Part shown: piece by piece, positions 16,091-24,304 of the stretch | Layout of the letters: each line of letters starts with the position of its first letter | How positions within the stretch are numbered: the stretch's first letter is position 1 | IMG/VR virus record: IMGVR_UViG_3300042923_000170 | Coordinates: 1 to 30,373 of that record | Length of the DNA: 30,373 bases | Source of the DNA: a virus | Taxonomy: Duplodnaviria > Caudoviricetes | Direction: 5' to 3' (one strand) | The notes under the pieces: generated by a model | The model's input: only the letters and a program-made list of their open reading frames with translations | The model's database searches: none | What the model was told of the DNA's origin: nothing | Made by a program: the position numbers and the translations under genes

Positions 16091-17155
16091 ATGAGCAAAT
16101 TATTGATGTATGAGGCTGAATTACAGGACGTAAAAAACGAAATGGATCAGCTTACGCAATCAGGCGTTGGCAAAGAGGACGAGCGTTACAAAGCGAAGGA
16201 GACACGCGAGGCCGAGTTATTGCAGTTGGTGATGGAGGAAGAACAGCTACTGACAAAAACGCAAGGGATCATAGCGAACGCACAGGATCCTGATTCATCG
16301 TTTGGAATTTCCGTTCAGGGCATGACGGTTAATTTCCGGGAAGTGACCGACAAGGAAGAATCCTATCAGGCGTTGGCTATTGCATACCAACTCAAACTCC
16401 AAGAGATCGAGGATACTAACCAAGCCGAAGTGAAGGCGATTCAATCAAGCTTTAACGCTGAACTGGCGCAACGTGATCAAGTCGAGCAATCGTTACGAGA
16501 AAACCTCCATCAAACCGGATTAGAGCGCGATGACTTTGAATCCAAGTGGTTAGCGGCGACGAGCGATCGGAATGAACTTCTAGCAGATAACACTTTGCTG
16601 TCCGGCGAGAACGCATCACTTAAAGCTCAGGTTGAAGAGCTGCGCAACCAAGTAAGCAAGCCGACTACGACGACTAACCTCGATAACGGCGCATTAGCAC
16701 AAGCGATGGAACGTCTGAAAGCTTCCCGTCCGGCCATTTACAACGTGGTTGAAGTAAGCGGCACGAAGTCCACGGCGGTACTGGTAGACACCAACGAAAC
16801 TATCGAGTTTCACCCGAACTACATTGGCAAATATCGCGTAGTGAGCTACGAAGATGCAATGCAGATCCGCAACGAGATTGATCAAGCCAAGCAAGATGAT
16901 GCATCACTCGTACCGGATTCAGAATCCGTTGAGGCGGTAGAGGAATTTCGTCCAGAATCCGGAGTACCGATTCCCGACCTACAGAATGTGGACTCAGGAC
17001 ACATCGTGGATGAATACTCCACTACGGGACAAGATGGACAGGATGTTGCAGGTGGGGTTGTTACAAGGGAAGAATTCGAAGCTCTGAAAAAAGATGTTGA
17101 GAAGCTTAAATATCATGTTGGATTCGGTGAAATCAATCAAGGGGCGGCGGCTTAA
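16091..17155 (+). CDS. Acidic coiled-coil hypothetical protein
   Basis: 354 aa E/Q/L-rich ORF downstream of its own promoter. Confidence 0.8.
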   Translation: MSKLLMYEAELQDVKNEMDQLTQSGVGKEDERYKAKETREAELLQLVMEEEQLLTKTQGIIANAQDPDSSFGISVQGMTVNFREVTDKEESYQALAIAYQLKLQEIEDTNQAEVKAIQSSFNAELAQRDQVEQSLRENLHQTGLERDDFESKWLAATSDRNELLADNTLLSGENASLKAQVEELRNQVSKPTTTTNLDNGALAQAMERLKASRPAIYNVVEVSGTKSTAVLVDTNETIEFHPNYIGKYRVVSYEDAMQIRNEIDQAKQDDASLVPDSESVEAVEEFRPESGVPIPDLQNVDSGHIVDEYSTTGQDGQDVAGGVVTREEFEALKKDVEKLKYHVGFGEINQGAAA

Positions 17156-17400
17156 TGGCTAAGTACCGCAAGAAGCCTGTAGAGGTCGAAGCGTGGCAGA
17201 ACTCAGACGATAACGGATGTCCTGAGTGGTTGGACAATGTGGATGTCGGCAGAGATCACGGCGGAGTTATTCTAATATCCACGCTAGAAGGTGTCATGCG
17301 GGCAGAAGCAGGGGATTGGATTATACGAGGGATTAAAGGCGAATGTTACCCTTGCAAGCCGGACATCTTCGAAGCCACGTATGAGGCAGTAAGCGCGTAG
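17155..17400 (+). CDS. Conserved phage hypothetical protein (PGDYG-like)
   Basis: KYRKKPVEVEAWQ...TLEGVMRAEAGDWIIRGIKGECYPCKPDIFEATYE. Confidence 0.85.
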   Translation: MAKYRKKPVEVEAWQNSDDNGCPEWLDNVDVGRDHGGVILISTLEGVMRAEAGDWIIRGIKGECYPCKPDIFEATYEAVSA

Positions 17401-17444
17401 CGCCATCGTCACGACCGAATAATCCCAACAAAGTGAAGGCCGTA
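17393..17444 (+). repeat. Dispersed junction element copy G
   Basis: GCGC-GTA-GCGC-CATCG-tca-CGACCGAAT-aatcccaacaaagtga-AGGCCGTA; overlaps the TAG stop. Confidence 0.85.
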
Positions 17445-17488
17445 TAGAGTTATATGGGCGGGGAAACTCGCCTATAAGGGGGATAAGG

Positions 17489-17743
17489 ATGAAAAAGACG
17501 TTCTGCGACGCATGCGGATATGAAATTGAGGAAAGAGCGCACTCGTTTGATCCTCTTATTCATATCGTGGAATTTGCAGAGGGAAGATTAGCCGGATACG
17601 TTGATAAGCACGGTCTTCCAACCTCAGGGCGCGCAGAACATTTCGATTTATGCGGTGGGTGTTATATCAACGTGTTTACGGCGGCATACAAAGTAATTCA
17701 ATTAACGAGACAGACATTAGCGGAGAGGAGTGAATCCAAATGA
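17489..17743 (+). CDS. Hypothetical Zn-binding protein
   Basis: CDACG...DLCGGC. Confidence 0.75.
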   Translation: MKKTFCDACGYEIEERAHSFDPLIHIVEFAEGRLAGYVDKHGLPTSGRAEHFDLCGGCYINVFTAAYKVIQLTRQTLAERSESK

Positions 17744-18174
17744 ATAACGAAGACGTTTCAGAGATCCTAACAAACTTCCGATCATACCGTTATGCGGCAA
17801 AGGTAGGAGAAACAGAAGGATACTTAGACGGAGCTCCTACGCTCTACGGAGAGAGACAACGGAGTCCTAATAGGTGGGACGCTACTAGGTACAGTCGCAT
17901 TGTGAACACGGTTAACGGGGCTGTTGACGATGTACTAACGGATGAACAGCGTACAGTCATTAACCGCCGATACCTGGAGCGTAACCCATTGACACTCGGA
18001 CAGATCGCGGACGTGCTACATTGTGACAGGAAGACCGTACAGCGGCGGCACAAAGAGGCGTTAAAACAACTGAGCATAGCGCTTCAACCCATTGAACGGG
18101 AGACGGAGATAACACCTTTCCCACATCGATTCGATCCTGATTGGATATTCAAAGAGCAACTAGAGGGCGCGTAA
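17740..18174 (+). CDS. ArpU/RinA-type late transcription activator (sigma70 region 4-like HTH)
   Basis: LTDEQRTVINRRYLE...TLGQIADVLHCDRKTVQRRHKEALKQL; last early gene before the packaging module. Confidence 0.8.
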   Translation: MNNEDVSEILTNFRSYRYAAKVGETEGYLDGAPTLYGERQRSPNRWDATRYSRIVNTVNGAVDDVLTDEQRTVINRRYLERNPLTLGQIADVLHCDRKTVQRRHKEALKQLSIALQPIERETEITPFPHRFDPDWIFKEQLEGA

Positions 18175-18175
18175 A

Positions 18176-18219
18176 TGTCCCATTTTTGCCCACAAAGTAC
18201 CCACAACACGTGTTAAAAT
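18176..18219 (+). promoter_or_regulatory. Putative late promoter: three direct repeats spaced 11 bp plus extended -10
   Basis: TGTCCCA 18176, TGCCCAC 18187, TACCCAC 18198, then TG-t-TAAAAT 18211-18219. Confidence 0.65.
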
Positions 18220-18227
18220 TCTATCAT

Positions 18228-18425
18228 AGGGAATTGACGCTGAATGATGGCAATAAAGGCGACCCCCTTTCCCATCATTCACACAATTTCCTCACATTAT
18301 GAGATCATGCGCGGGCTGCGTACAATCTCACGCCGCTCTCACGGATACAGACTACGTGGGGGCGGCAACAATTACATTTCCAACCTATACTCTTCTCCTT
18401 TAGTCGCCTAGTGCGGCTATTTTTG
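18228..18425 (+). ncRNA. Candidate structured late leader or small RNA
   Basis: Three hairpins (18228-18292, 18300-18330, 18332-18366) followed by a terminator-like stem; no ORF of 60 aa or more. Confidence 0.45.
18401..18425 (+). terminator. Rho-independent terminator
   Basis: TAGTCGC-ctagt-GCGGCTA-TTTTTG. Confidence 0.65.
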
Positions 18426-18457
18426 TTTTATAAAGATAAATTCAGGAGGTCGCGAAC

Positions 18458-18991
18458 ATGAAAAACGATTATGAAATTCGCGGAGATGTAACTGCAATAT
18501 TCATCAAGAGTCAAAAGTTTGGCGATGACGAGGTATTGATTTCTACTAGCAAACTAGAAATGATGAAATCTTATCCTGGGAGTTGGCACTTGAACAGATA
18601 TCCAGGTTTAAGTTATTCGTACTGTCAGGGGTCTTACGTTGATTCGAAAAATAAACGGAAAAGTGTAAAGTTACACCGCTTTATAACTAATGCGCCGGAA
18701 GGTATGGTCGTGGATCACATCAATCACGACACCTTAAACAACACCGATGAAAATTTGAGAGTTTGCACTATTTCAGAAAATCAGCAGAACAGAAATGGTG
18801 TAGGCAAGAATAGCAAATCAGGTATTCGCGGAGTGCATTGGATAGAACGAAGAAGTATGTGGGCGGTCAGAATGATATTGAATGGGAAAAAGAAGCTTAT
18901 AGGTCACTTTAAAGAACTACAAGAAGCAGAGTTAGCCGCAATAGAAGCTAGGAGACTCTACATGCCATTTTCTAAAGAATATGCTTCATGA
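18458..18991 (+). CDS. HNH homing endonuclease with AP2-like C-terminal domain
   Basis: LHRFIT...VVDHINHDTLNNTDENLR...SGIRGVHW...GHFKELQEA. Confidence 0.9.
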   Translation: MKNDYEIRGDVTAIFIKSQKFGDDEVLISTSKLEMMKSYPGSWHLNRYPGLSYSYCQGSYVDSKNKRKSVKLHRFITNAPEGMVVDHINHDTLNNTDENLRVCTISENQQNRNGVGKNSKSGIRGVHWIERRSMWAVRMILNGKKKLIGHFKELQEAELAAIEARRLYMPFSKEYAS

Positions 18992-19001
18992 TGGAGGTCT
19001 T

Positions 19002-19202
19002 ATGAAATCGAAGTATTTAATATCGTATTCGATAGACGGACTAACAAACTTAATAGGCTATGAAGACGAAGAAGAGCGTAACGGAGCCTACAGACAATAC
19101 ACAGAGATAGGCGTATTAACCGTACACAGCACCAATTTACGACCAGAACAGATATGTGCGATGGATGTTATGAGTTGCGCGGTGTTTAGGCATTTACATT
19201 GA
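19002..19202 (+). CDS. Hypothetical protein
   Basis: GGAGG RBS before ATG 19002. Confidence 0.6.
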   Translation: MKSKYLISYSIDGLTNLIGYEDEEERNGAYRQYTEIGVLTVHSTNLRPEQICAMDVMSCAVFRHLH

Positions 19203-19214
19203 GGAGGGAAGAAG

Positions 19215-19460
19215 ATGAGAGCCACAATAAACGGTATAAGCGTAGAGGGAACACCTCAAGAGATCATGGATTATCAACGTATGCAGGTAGAACAAGCCGC
19301 GAGAAAGCCCGTAAAGCAAGATACACTCGATACTGGGTGGATGAGGTTACAACCTAAGGTAACTAGCGGAGGCACAACAAGGTGCGCACATCCTTGTAAC
19401 TGCTCAGGCGCTTGCGAGGGGAGAACACAGTCAGATTCGAGCATATTTAATCTCCGATAA
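19215..19460 (+). CDS. Hypothetical protein
   Basis: GAGGAGG RBS; INGISVEGTPQEI, CxxxCxCxGxC. Confidence 0.75.
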   Translation: MRATINGISVEGTPQEIMDYQRMQVEQAARKPVKQDTLDTGWMRLQPKVTSGGTTRCAHPCNCSGACEGRTQSDSSIFNLR

Positions 19461-19551
19461 GTAACATAGTACAAACAAAATGCTCGAAATAAGCACTTTA
19501 TACTTTGATTGATGTAGAATAGTGCAAATTATGATGAATAGGGGTGAAGAG

Positions 19552-19974
19552 ATGGCTAAGCAAGGGCAGAAGCTAACCGACGAGTTGAAAGAGCAGATAC
19601 GCACTCACCTTGTCATTAGCGACAACAAAAATGAAATAGCGAAGAATCTAAATGTATCGTGGGCAACCGTAGATAAGATACACAAGGAAATGAGAGACTC
19701 GCCAGAAGAAGAAGTTAAGTTTGAGAAACTACGAGAAGATAAAAAAACAGAAATGATTAATGTTATTTGGAGCAGCATGATGAAGGCGGCTTCACTTGGA
19801 GATCGCTTAGTTCAAGAAGCGCTGGATAACAAACGAGACATACCGTTGAATCACGTTAGCACCTATTACGGTACGATGTACGACAAGCACGCACTTATGA
19901 CAGGTGGCAAGACTGCTGATATTGGATTGAGTTACGAGGAGCAGCTTAAGAAGCTATTAGGCGGTGCGTCATAA
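19552..19974 (+). CDS. terS: Putative terminase small subunit
   Basis: N-terminal HTH (NEIAKNLNVSWATV); coupled to terL. Confidence 0.65.
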   Translation: MAKQGQKLTDELKEQIRTHLVISDNKNEIAKNLNVSWATVDKIHKEMRDSPEEEVKFEKLREDKKTEMINVIWSSMMKAASLGDRLVQEALDNKRDIPLNHVSTYYGTMYDKHALMTGGKTADIGLSYEEQLKKLLGGAS

Positions 19975-21734
19975 TGCATCCACTCCTACAGTTACAACAC
20001 GATAATCAACTATACTTCCGCAGAGCCTTGAAAATTAAGAATAAGAACGCGGAGATCATCACATTCGAGACTAACGATTCACAAGATAAATTGCTCAAGA
20101 TCATCGAGGATCATTACTCGAAGTACCCGGATCCCAAGACGCGCCCAACGCTTTACATTGTCATTCTAAAGGCTAGGCAGCAGGGGATGAGTACAGCAAC
20201 AGAGGGAGTGTTCTTCAAGGCCATAACGATTGGAATGCCGGGAGACACACCATATCAGAAGACGGCAATGGTCATATCGTACGATGAGGACTCGGCGCAG
20301 ACCATTAATGAGATGTCAGATCGTTTCTATCAGCATCTACCTTCTGAGATAAAGCCAATGAAACGCAACAGTCGTGGCAAGGGATTGATACTAGAGAATC
20401 CCACAAACGTTCAGTCTGAGTTTGAGAAGAATCCGGGACTACAATCAAAGTTCCTTATCGATACAGCGAACAACCTTTTCGCCGGTTCTGGTAAGACAAT
20501 GAACTACGTCCACATATCGGAGTTATCGAAGTGGAGCAAACCGAAAGAGACGATGAAGTCCCTTATGCAATCCGTGCCGAAGAACAACGCGATCGTAATC
20601 GTTGAGAGTACGGCCAACGGCGCAGGTGACGCGTTTCATGAATTATGGAATCAAGCCGAGTCAGGAGAGAATGATTTCATTCCCATATTCCTGCCATGGT
20701 TCACACATAAAGAATACAGCAACCCGTTTTACAATGAGTCTGACAAAATTGCTCTTGCTCAATCGCTAGACGATGAGGAGAGACAATTAGTCGGCCTTTT
20801 TAATTTAACGCTGGAGCAATTGAACTGGCGTAGAAGCACCATAAAGAACAATTGCCAAGGATCAATCGAGACATTCCACCAGGAGTATCCAAGCACAGCA
20901 GAAGAGGCTTTCCTAACGTCCGGTAGACCGCGCTTTGACATTCCAGTACTCAGGGAATACCTAGCGCAATGTGTGGACGGTCAGAGAGGGTACCTAGAAC
21001 GTGTAGGTGGCAAGGTGCAATTCATACCCGACCCTAACGGTTACATTGAGGTGTGGGGTAAGCCAAGTGATAAGTTAGAGAACTTCATAGGCGGGGACGT
21101 TGCCAAAGGATTGATTACAGGTGACTACTCCGCAGCTCCAGTGTGGGACAGCAAATACGATCTGAACGCCATGTGGCACGGTCATATTGATCCTGACTTA
21201 TTTGCAGATCAATTGGCGATGTTGGGAACATGGTATAACGATGCGTTGATTGCGGTGGAAGAGAACAACCACGGCTTAAGCGTCCTTAATTCCATGAAGA
21301 AAAGCTATTCAAATCTGTACTATCGAACCTCATACGACAAACTAAACGATAAAGCGAAGAAAGAGCTTGGATGGTGGACAAATGAGCAGACAAAGAAACT
21401 GGCTATCGACAATATGGCGAGACTTATTAGGGAAAAGAAACTGGGCATCAAGTCAAAGAGGCTTATACAGGAGTGCATGAGCTATGTTATCGATGAGAAG
21501 GGCTCAACGAACGCTCAACAAGGATCATATGACGATACGGTCATGGCTACAGCCATTATCCTAATGGTCATGGAACAATACGCCATACCGGTACTCAGTA
21601 TATTGGCTCCTACAACGACTGAGACAACGAATGAGAGATTCATACGCCAAGCAGACGGACGAGTGAAGCATATAAGCGAGATTGAAGACGAGAGACGAAA
21701 GGAAGATGACGGATGGTTGAGCAATTGGGGGTGA
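19974..21734 (+). CDS. terL: Terminase large subunit
   Basis: LKARQQGMST Walker A; VHISE Walker B; VESTANG motif; FHQEYP; GGDVAKG, VEENNHG and DDTVMA nuclease motifs. Confidence 0.95.
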   Translation: MHPLLQLQHDNQLYFRRALKIKNKNAEIITFETNDSQDKLLKIIEDHYSKYPDPKTRPTLYIVILKARQQGMSTATEGVFFKAITIGMPGDTPYQKTAMVISYDEDSAQTINEMSDRFYQHLPSEIKPMKRNSRGKGLILENPTNVQSEFEKNPGLQSKFLIDTANNLFAGSGKTMNYVHISELSKWSKPKETMKSLMQSVPKNNAIVIVESTANGAGDAFHELWNQAESGENDFIPIFLPWFTHKEYSNPFYNESDKIALAQSLDDEERQLVGLFNLTLEQLNWRRSTIKNNCQGSIETFHQEYPSTAEEAFLTSGRPRFDIPVLREYLAQCVDGQRGYLERVGGKVQFIPDPNGYIEVWGKPSDKLENFIGGDVAKGLITGDYSAAPVWDSKYDLNAMWHGHIDPDLFADQLAMLGTWYNDALIAVEENNHGLSVLNSMKKSYSNLYYRTSYDKLNDKAKKELGWWTNEQTKKLAIDNMARLIREKKLGIKSKRLIQECMSYVIDEKGSTNAQQGSYDDTVMATAIILMVMEQYAIPVLSILAPTTTETTNERFIRQADGRVKHISEIEDERRKEDDGWLSNWG

Positions 21735-21738
21735 GTGA

Positions 21739-22026
21739 ATGACCATACTTATAAGCCTTATATGCGTCCTTCTGAGCCTTGCAATCTTGTATGCAGGGTT
21801 TTACCTCTCCAAGCATGTAGTAGAGCGTCAGCACCGCGCTAACGTCCTAGAGGACTCGTACAAAGAGGCGATAGAACACATCGCAGGACTTGAACGCGAG
21901 ATACTTGGACTGAATAGTCAGATCGAACAAATGCAGTATGAGTCACAGTTGAATGGTGGGAGAGTACCGCGTCCAAGGTCATGGAATCCAAGCGACCCAC
22001 TAAATAGCTCAACCAGTCGCCAATAG
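21739..22026 (+). CDS. Small membrane-anchored coiled-coil protein
   Basis: N-terminal transmembrane segment ILISLICVLLSLAILYAGFYL. Confidence 0.75.
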   Translation: MTILISLICVLLSLAILYAGFYLSKHVVERQHRANVLEDSYKEAIEHIAGLEREILGLNSQIEQMQYESQLNGGRVPRPRSWNPSDPLNSSTSRQ

Positions 22027-22037
22027 GCGGCTTTTTT
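22015..22037 (+). terminator. Rho-independent terminator-like hairpin
   Basis: AGTCGCC-aata-GGCGGCT-TTTTT. Confidence 0.65.
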
Positions 22038-22058
22038 ATTGCAGGAAGGAGTGATTAA

Positions 22059-23903
22059 GTGCCGAAAGTTGACAATAAACCTACGGATATCATGGATGAA
22101 AAGAATATAGACCATGACGAAGCGCCACAGACAGAAGCACAACAAGCTCTGGGTAACAGGGTTCAAAAGCTATTCCGTGGATCATACGAAGCCAAGGATC
22201 AAATGGACTTAATGAACCGATGGTCGCGATATGACGACTATAAGCACAACCTACAGAATGAACCACTGTCTCCTGATCATCCCGGTAGCATAACGAACAT
22301 CATCCATCCAATCATAGAAGGTCAGATAAGCGACTTGACGGACAAACCATTCTCAACCGTTGCAGAAGGACGAGAGCCTGGAGATGACATGTTTGCGGAG
22401 GACGTGCAGCACGCTATGGACTTCGTTCTCGACCGCAATCAATTCCCTGTGAAACTTGATATCTCAGAGCATGACCGGCTAGAGCTTGGGACAACGGTCA
22501 TCAAGGAATATTTCGATAGCGAGGCATTGGGAGGAAAGGGTCTTCCGACGTTCGAGATCGTCAGTCCGGCTAACTTTTTCCCGGATCCTAAATGGACAGC
22601 AGCACACCTCTTACAAGAATGTGAGTTTGTTATCCATGCGGTATCAAGACCGCTTAGTTGGATTCGAAAGAAGTTTCCTAAACTCGGTAAGTATGTGGTC
22701 AGGGAGACGACATGCCCATACGATCCGGACTTGGATACGCCTAACTTTAAGACGGACGAGGTCGAGGTAGATACTTCACAAAAGGCATTGCTTATCGAGT
22801 GCTACATGAAGGACGTTAACGGTGACATCTACTGCGTTCATGTGGCTAACAACATCGTGCTTGAGGATAGCCGGAAGGTGCTTAAAGGCGAGAAGTTACA
22901 GCGCCGCAATCAGTTTCCATTCGTGGTCATTCCCTGTTACACGCAGAGGGGCACAGGATGGGGGCAGGGAGACGTTGAACTTCTAATACCTACCCAAGAC
23001 CTTATAAACGACTTGGATGATCAGATACGCATGACGGCGCGTCTCATGGGCAACCCACAAATCGTGGTAGGTCAGAATGCGGGTAAAGGTTTCGACATGC
23101 GGAAGTGGACGAACAAGCCGGGACTTAGAATTCCGATGCGTGACCACACGGCATGGACGGCCGTGCAGGGTATGCCAGTGTCTCCGGATATCCCACAACG
23201 TCGAGAGAAAGCTTTCGAAGAGGCGAATATCATCAGCGGTAGGCCAGACGTTAACCGTGGCGAAGCGCCTGGAGGAATTACAGCAGCGTCCGCAATCCTA
23301 GCCCTGCAACAAGCCGGACAAAAGCAAGTCGTACACAAAGCGAGGATGTGGAAGCAAGGTTGGTCTAAGGTGCTGGAGCTTCTCTACGACGATATGATTA
23401 CGCATTGGGATGAACCGATGTGGATTCGTCTTAACGGTAATGAGTTGGATTACAAGTTCTTTGATCCAACGCAATTAACCAATGCTCCGGTTATGGTTCC
23501 AAACCTATCGCCTATGAAAGGTGAGGATTCCATTAAGCAACTGGACGACATCCAACCAATGATGGACGGCGAGGAACCCATGTTGGATGAGATGGGACAA
23601 CCTCAGATGCAAGCCGTACCCATGACCCGCGAGGCTGAGTTTGATTTACGTTTAAACATTGGCGATGGACTGCCTAATGATAAGACGTTCCAATATCAGA
23701 CGATGCAAGAAAATGCGAAACTCAACATTGAAGGTAAGCCGGTTGTCACATGGCAAGAGTATCGCGACTTCCTTCGTAACGATGTAGGAATGAGATTGGG
23801 AGCAGATGCAGACGTAATGCCTCCAATGCCTCCGGGTAAGCCTCCTATACCAGGACAACCACCATTAACAGTCATGCCGGGAGGTATGCCGAATGCTGTC
23901 TAA
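22059..23903 (+). CDS. Portal protein (P22/podovirus-like)
   Basis: 614 aa directly after terL; TNIIHPII, VSPANFFPDP, FPFV...GWGQGDVELLIPTQDLIN, TAASAI motifs; Pro/Met-rich tail. Confidence 0.85.
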   Translation: MPKVDNKPTDIMDEKNIDHDEAPQTEAQQALGNRVQKLFRGSYEAKDQMDLMNRWSRYDDYKHNLQNEPLSPDHPGSITNIIHPIIEGQISDLTDKPFSTVAEGREPGDDMFAEDVQHAMDFVLDRNQFPVKLDISEHDRLELGTTVIKEYFDSEALGGKGLPTFEIVSPANFFPDPKWTAAHLLQECEFVIHAVSRPLSWIRKKFPKLGKYVVRETTCPYDPDLDTPNFKTDEVEVDTSQKALLIECYMKDVNGDIYCVHVANNIVLEDSRKVLKGEKLQRRNQFPFVVIPCYTQRGTGWGQGDVELLIPTQDLINDLDDQIRMTARLMGNPQIVVGQNAGKGFDMRKWTNKPGLRIPMRDHTAWTAVQGMPVSPDIPQRREKAFEEANIISGRPDVNRGEAPGGITAASAILALQQAGQKQVVHKARMWKQGWSKVLELLYDDMITHWDEPMWIRLNGNELDYKFFDPTQLTNAPVMVPNLSPMKGEDSIKQLDDIQPMMDGEEPMLDEMGQPQMQAVPMTREAEFDLRLNIGDGLPNDKTFQYQTMQENAKLNIEGKPVVTWQEYRDFLRNDVGMRLGADADVMPPMPPGKPPIPGQPPLTVMPGGMPNAV

Positions 23904-24186
23904 GGTGAGATACGACAAAAGCACGACGGTAATGACGCAGGACGAACAAAAGTACTGGATGAAGTTCCTATCAGGTGACCCCTTAATTGGTGACTATATA
24001 CGATCACAGTTGAGACATAATCCTCAGATGCGCAGAGAGATCATGAATCAACCTGTATGCGGAAAGTGCGAGGGATTCACCTTCTACCACCAAGGAGGCG
24101 CACAATGCCCTACATGCGGCCACTGGACGCCGGAAGGACAGACGCACAAGGTTAAGATTCACTTAGCAGAAGGATATTACAAGTAA
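23893..24186 (+). CDS. Hypothetical Zn-ribbon protein
   Basis: CGKC...CPTCG; GGAGG RBS. Confidence 0.75.
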   Translation: MLSKVRYDKSTTVMTQDEQKYWMKFLSGDPLIGDYIRSQLRHNPQMRREIMNQPVCGKCEGFTFYHQGGAQCPTCGHWTPEGQTHKVKIHLAEGYYK

Positions 24187-24189
24187 CAC

Positions 24190-24220
24190 AGGCCATTCCT
24201 AGTCGTAGGGTGGCCTTTTC
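24190..24220 (+). terminator. Terminator-like hairpin
   Basis: AGGCCATTCCTA-gtcg-TAGGGTGGCCT-TTTC. Confidence 0.6.
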
Positions 24221-24304
24221 TATTTCCCTCTAGGGGTGACACCGTGAATAGAACGGACGGGCTTTAGAGTGGGATGCCGCTACTCAAAATTAGGAGGGTT
24301 AACA

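Noticed and set aside
3256-17444. Junction elements as CRISPR repeats or canonical attC sites
   Set aside because: Spacing is irregular and mostly kilobase-scale, no cas genes are present, there are no consistent RYYYAAC/GTTRRRY boxes, and no integron integrase is in the window.
18228-18370. tRNA or known ribozyme in the late leader
   Set aside because: No TTCRA T-loop, cloverleaf or hammerhead core visible by eye.
18458-18991. HNH as a cos-packaging terminase cofactor (HK97 gp74-like)
   Set aside because: It has homing-type HNH plus AP2 architecture and lacks the CxxC pairs; the terminase and portal are not HK97-like.
22423-22440. TCG-ttct-CGACCGCAAT inside the portal gene (also CGACCGTAAT near 27193 and 29259)
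   Set aside because: Wrong spacer or missing arms and not at gene junctions; likely chance matches.
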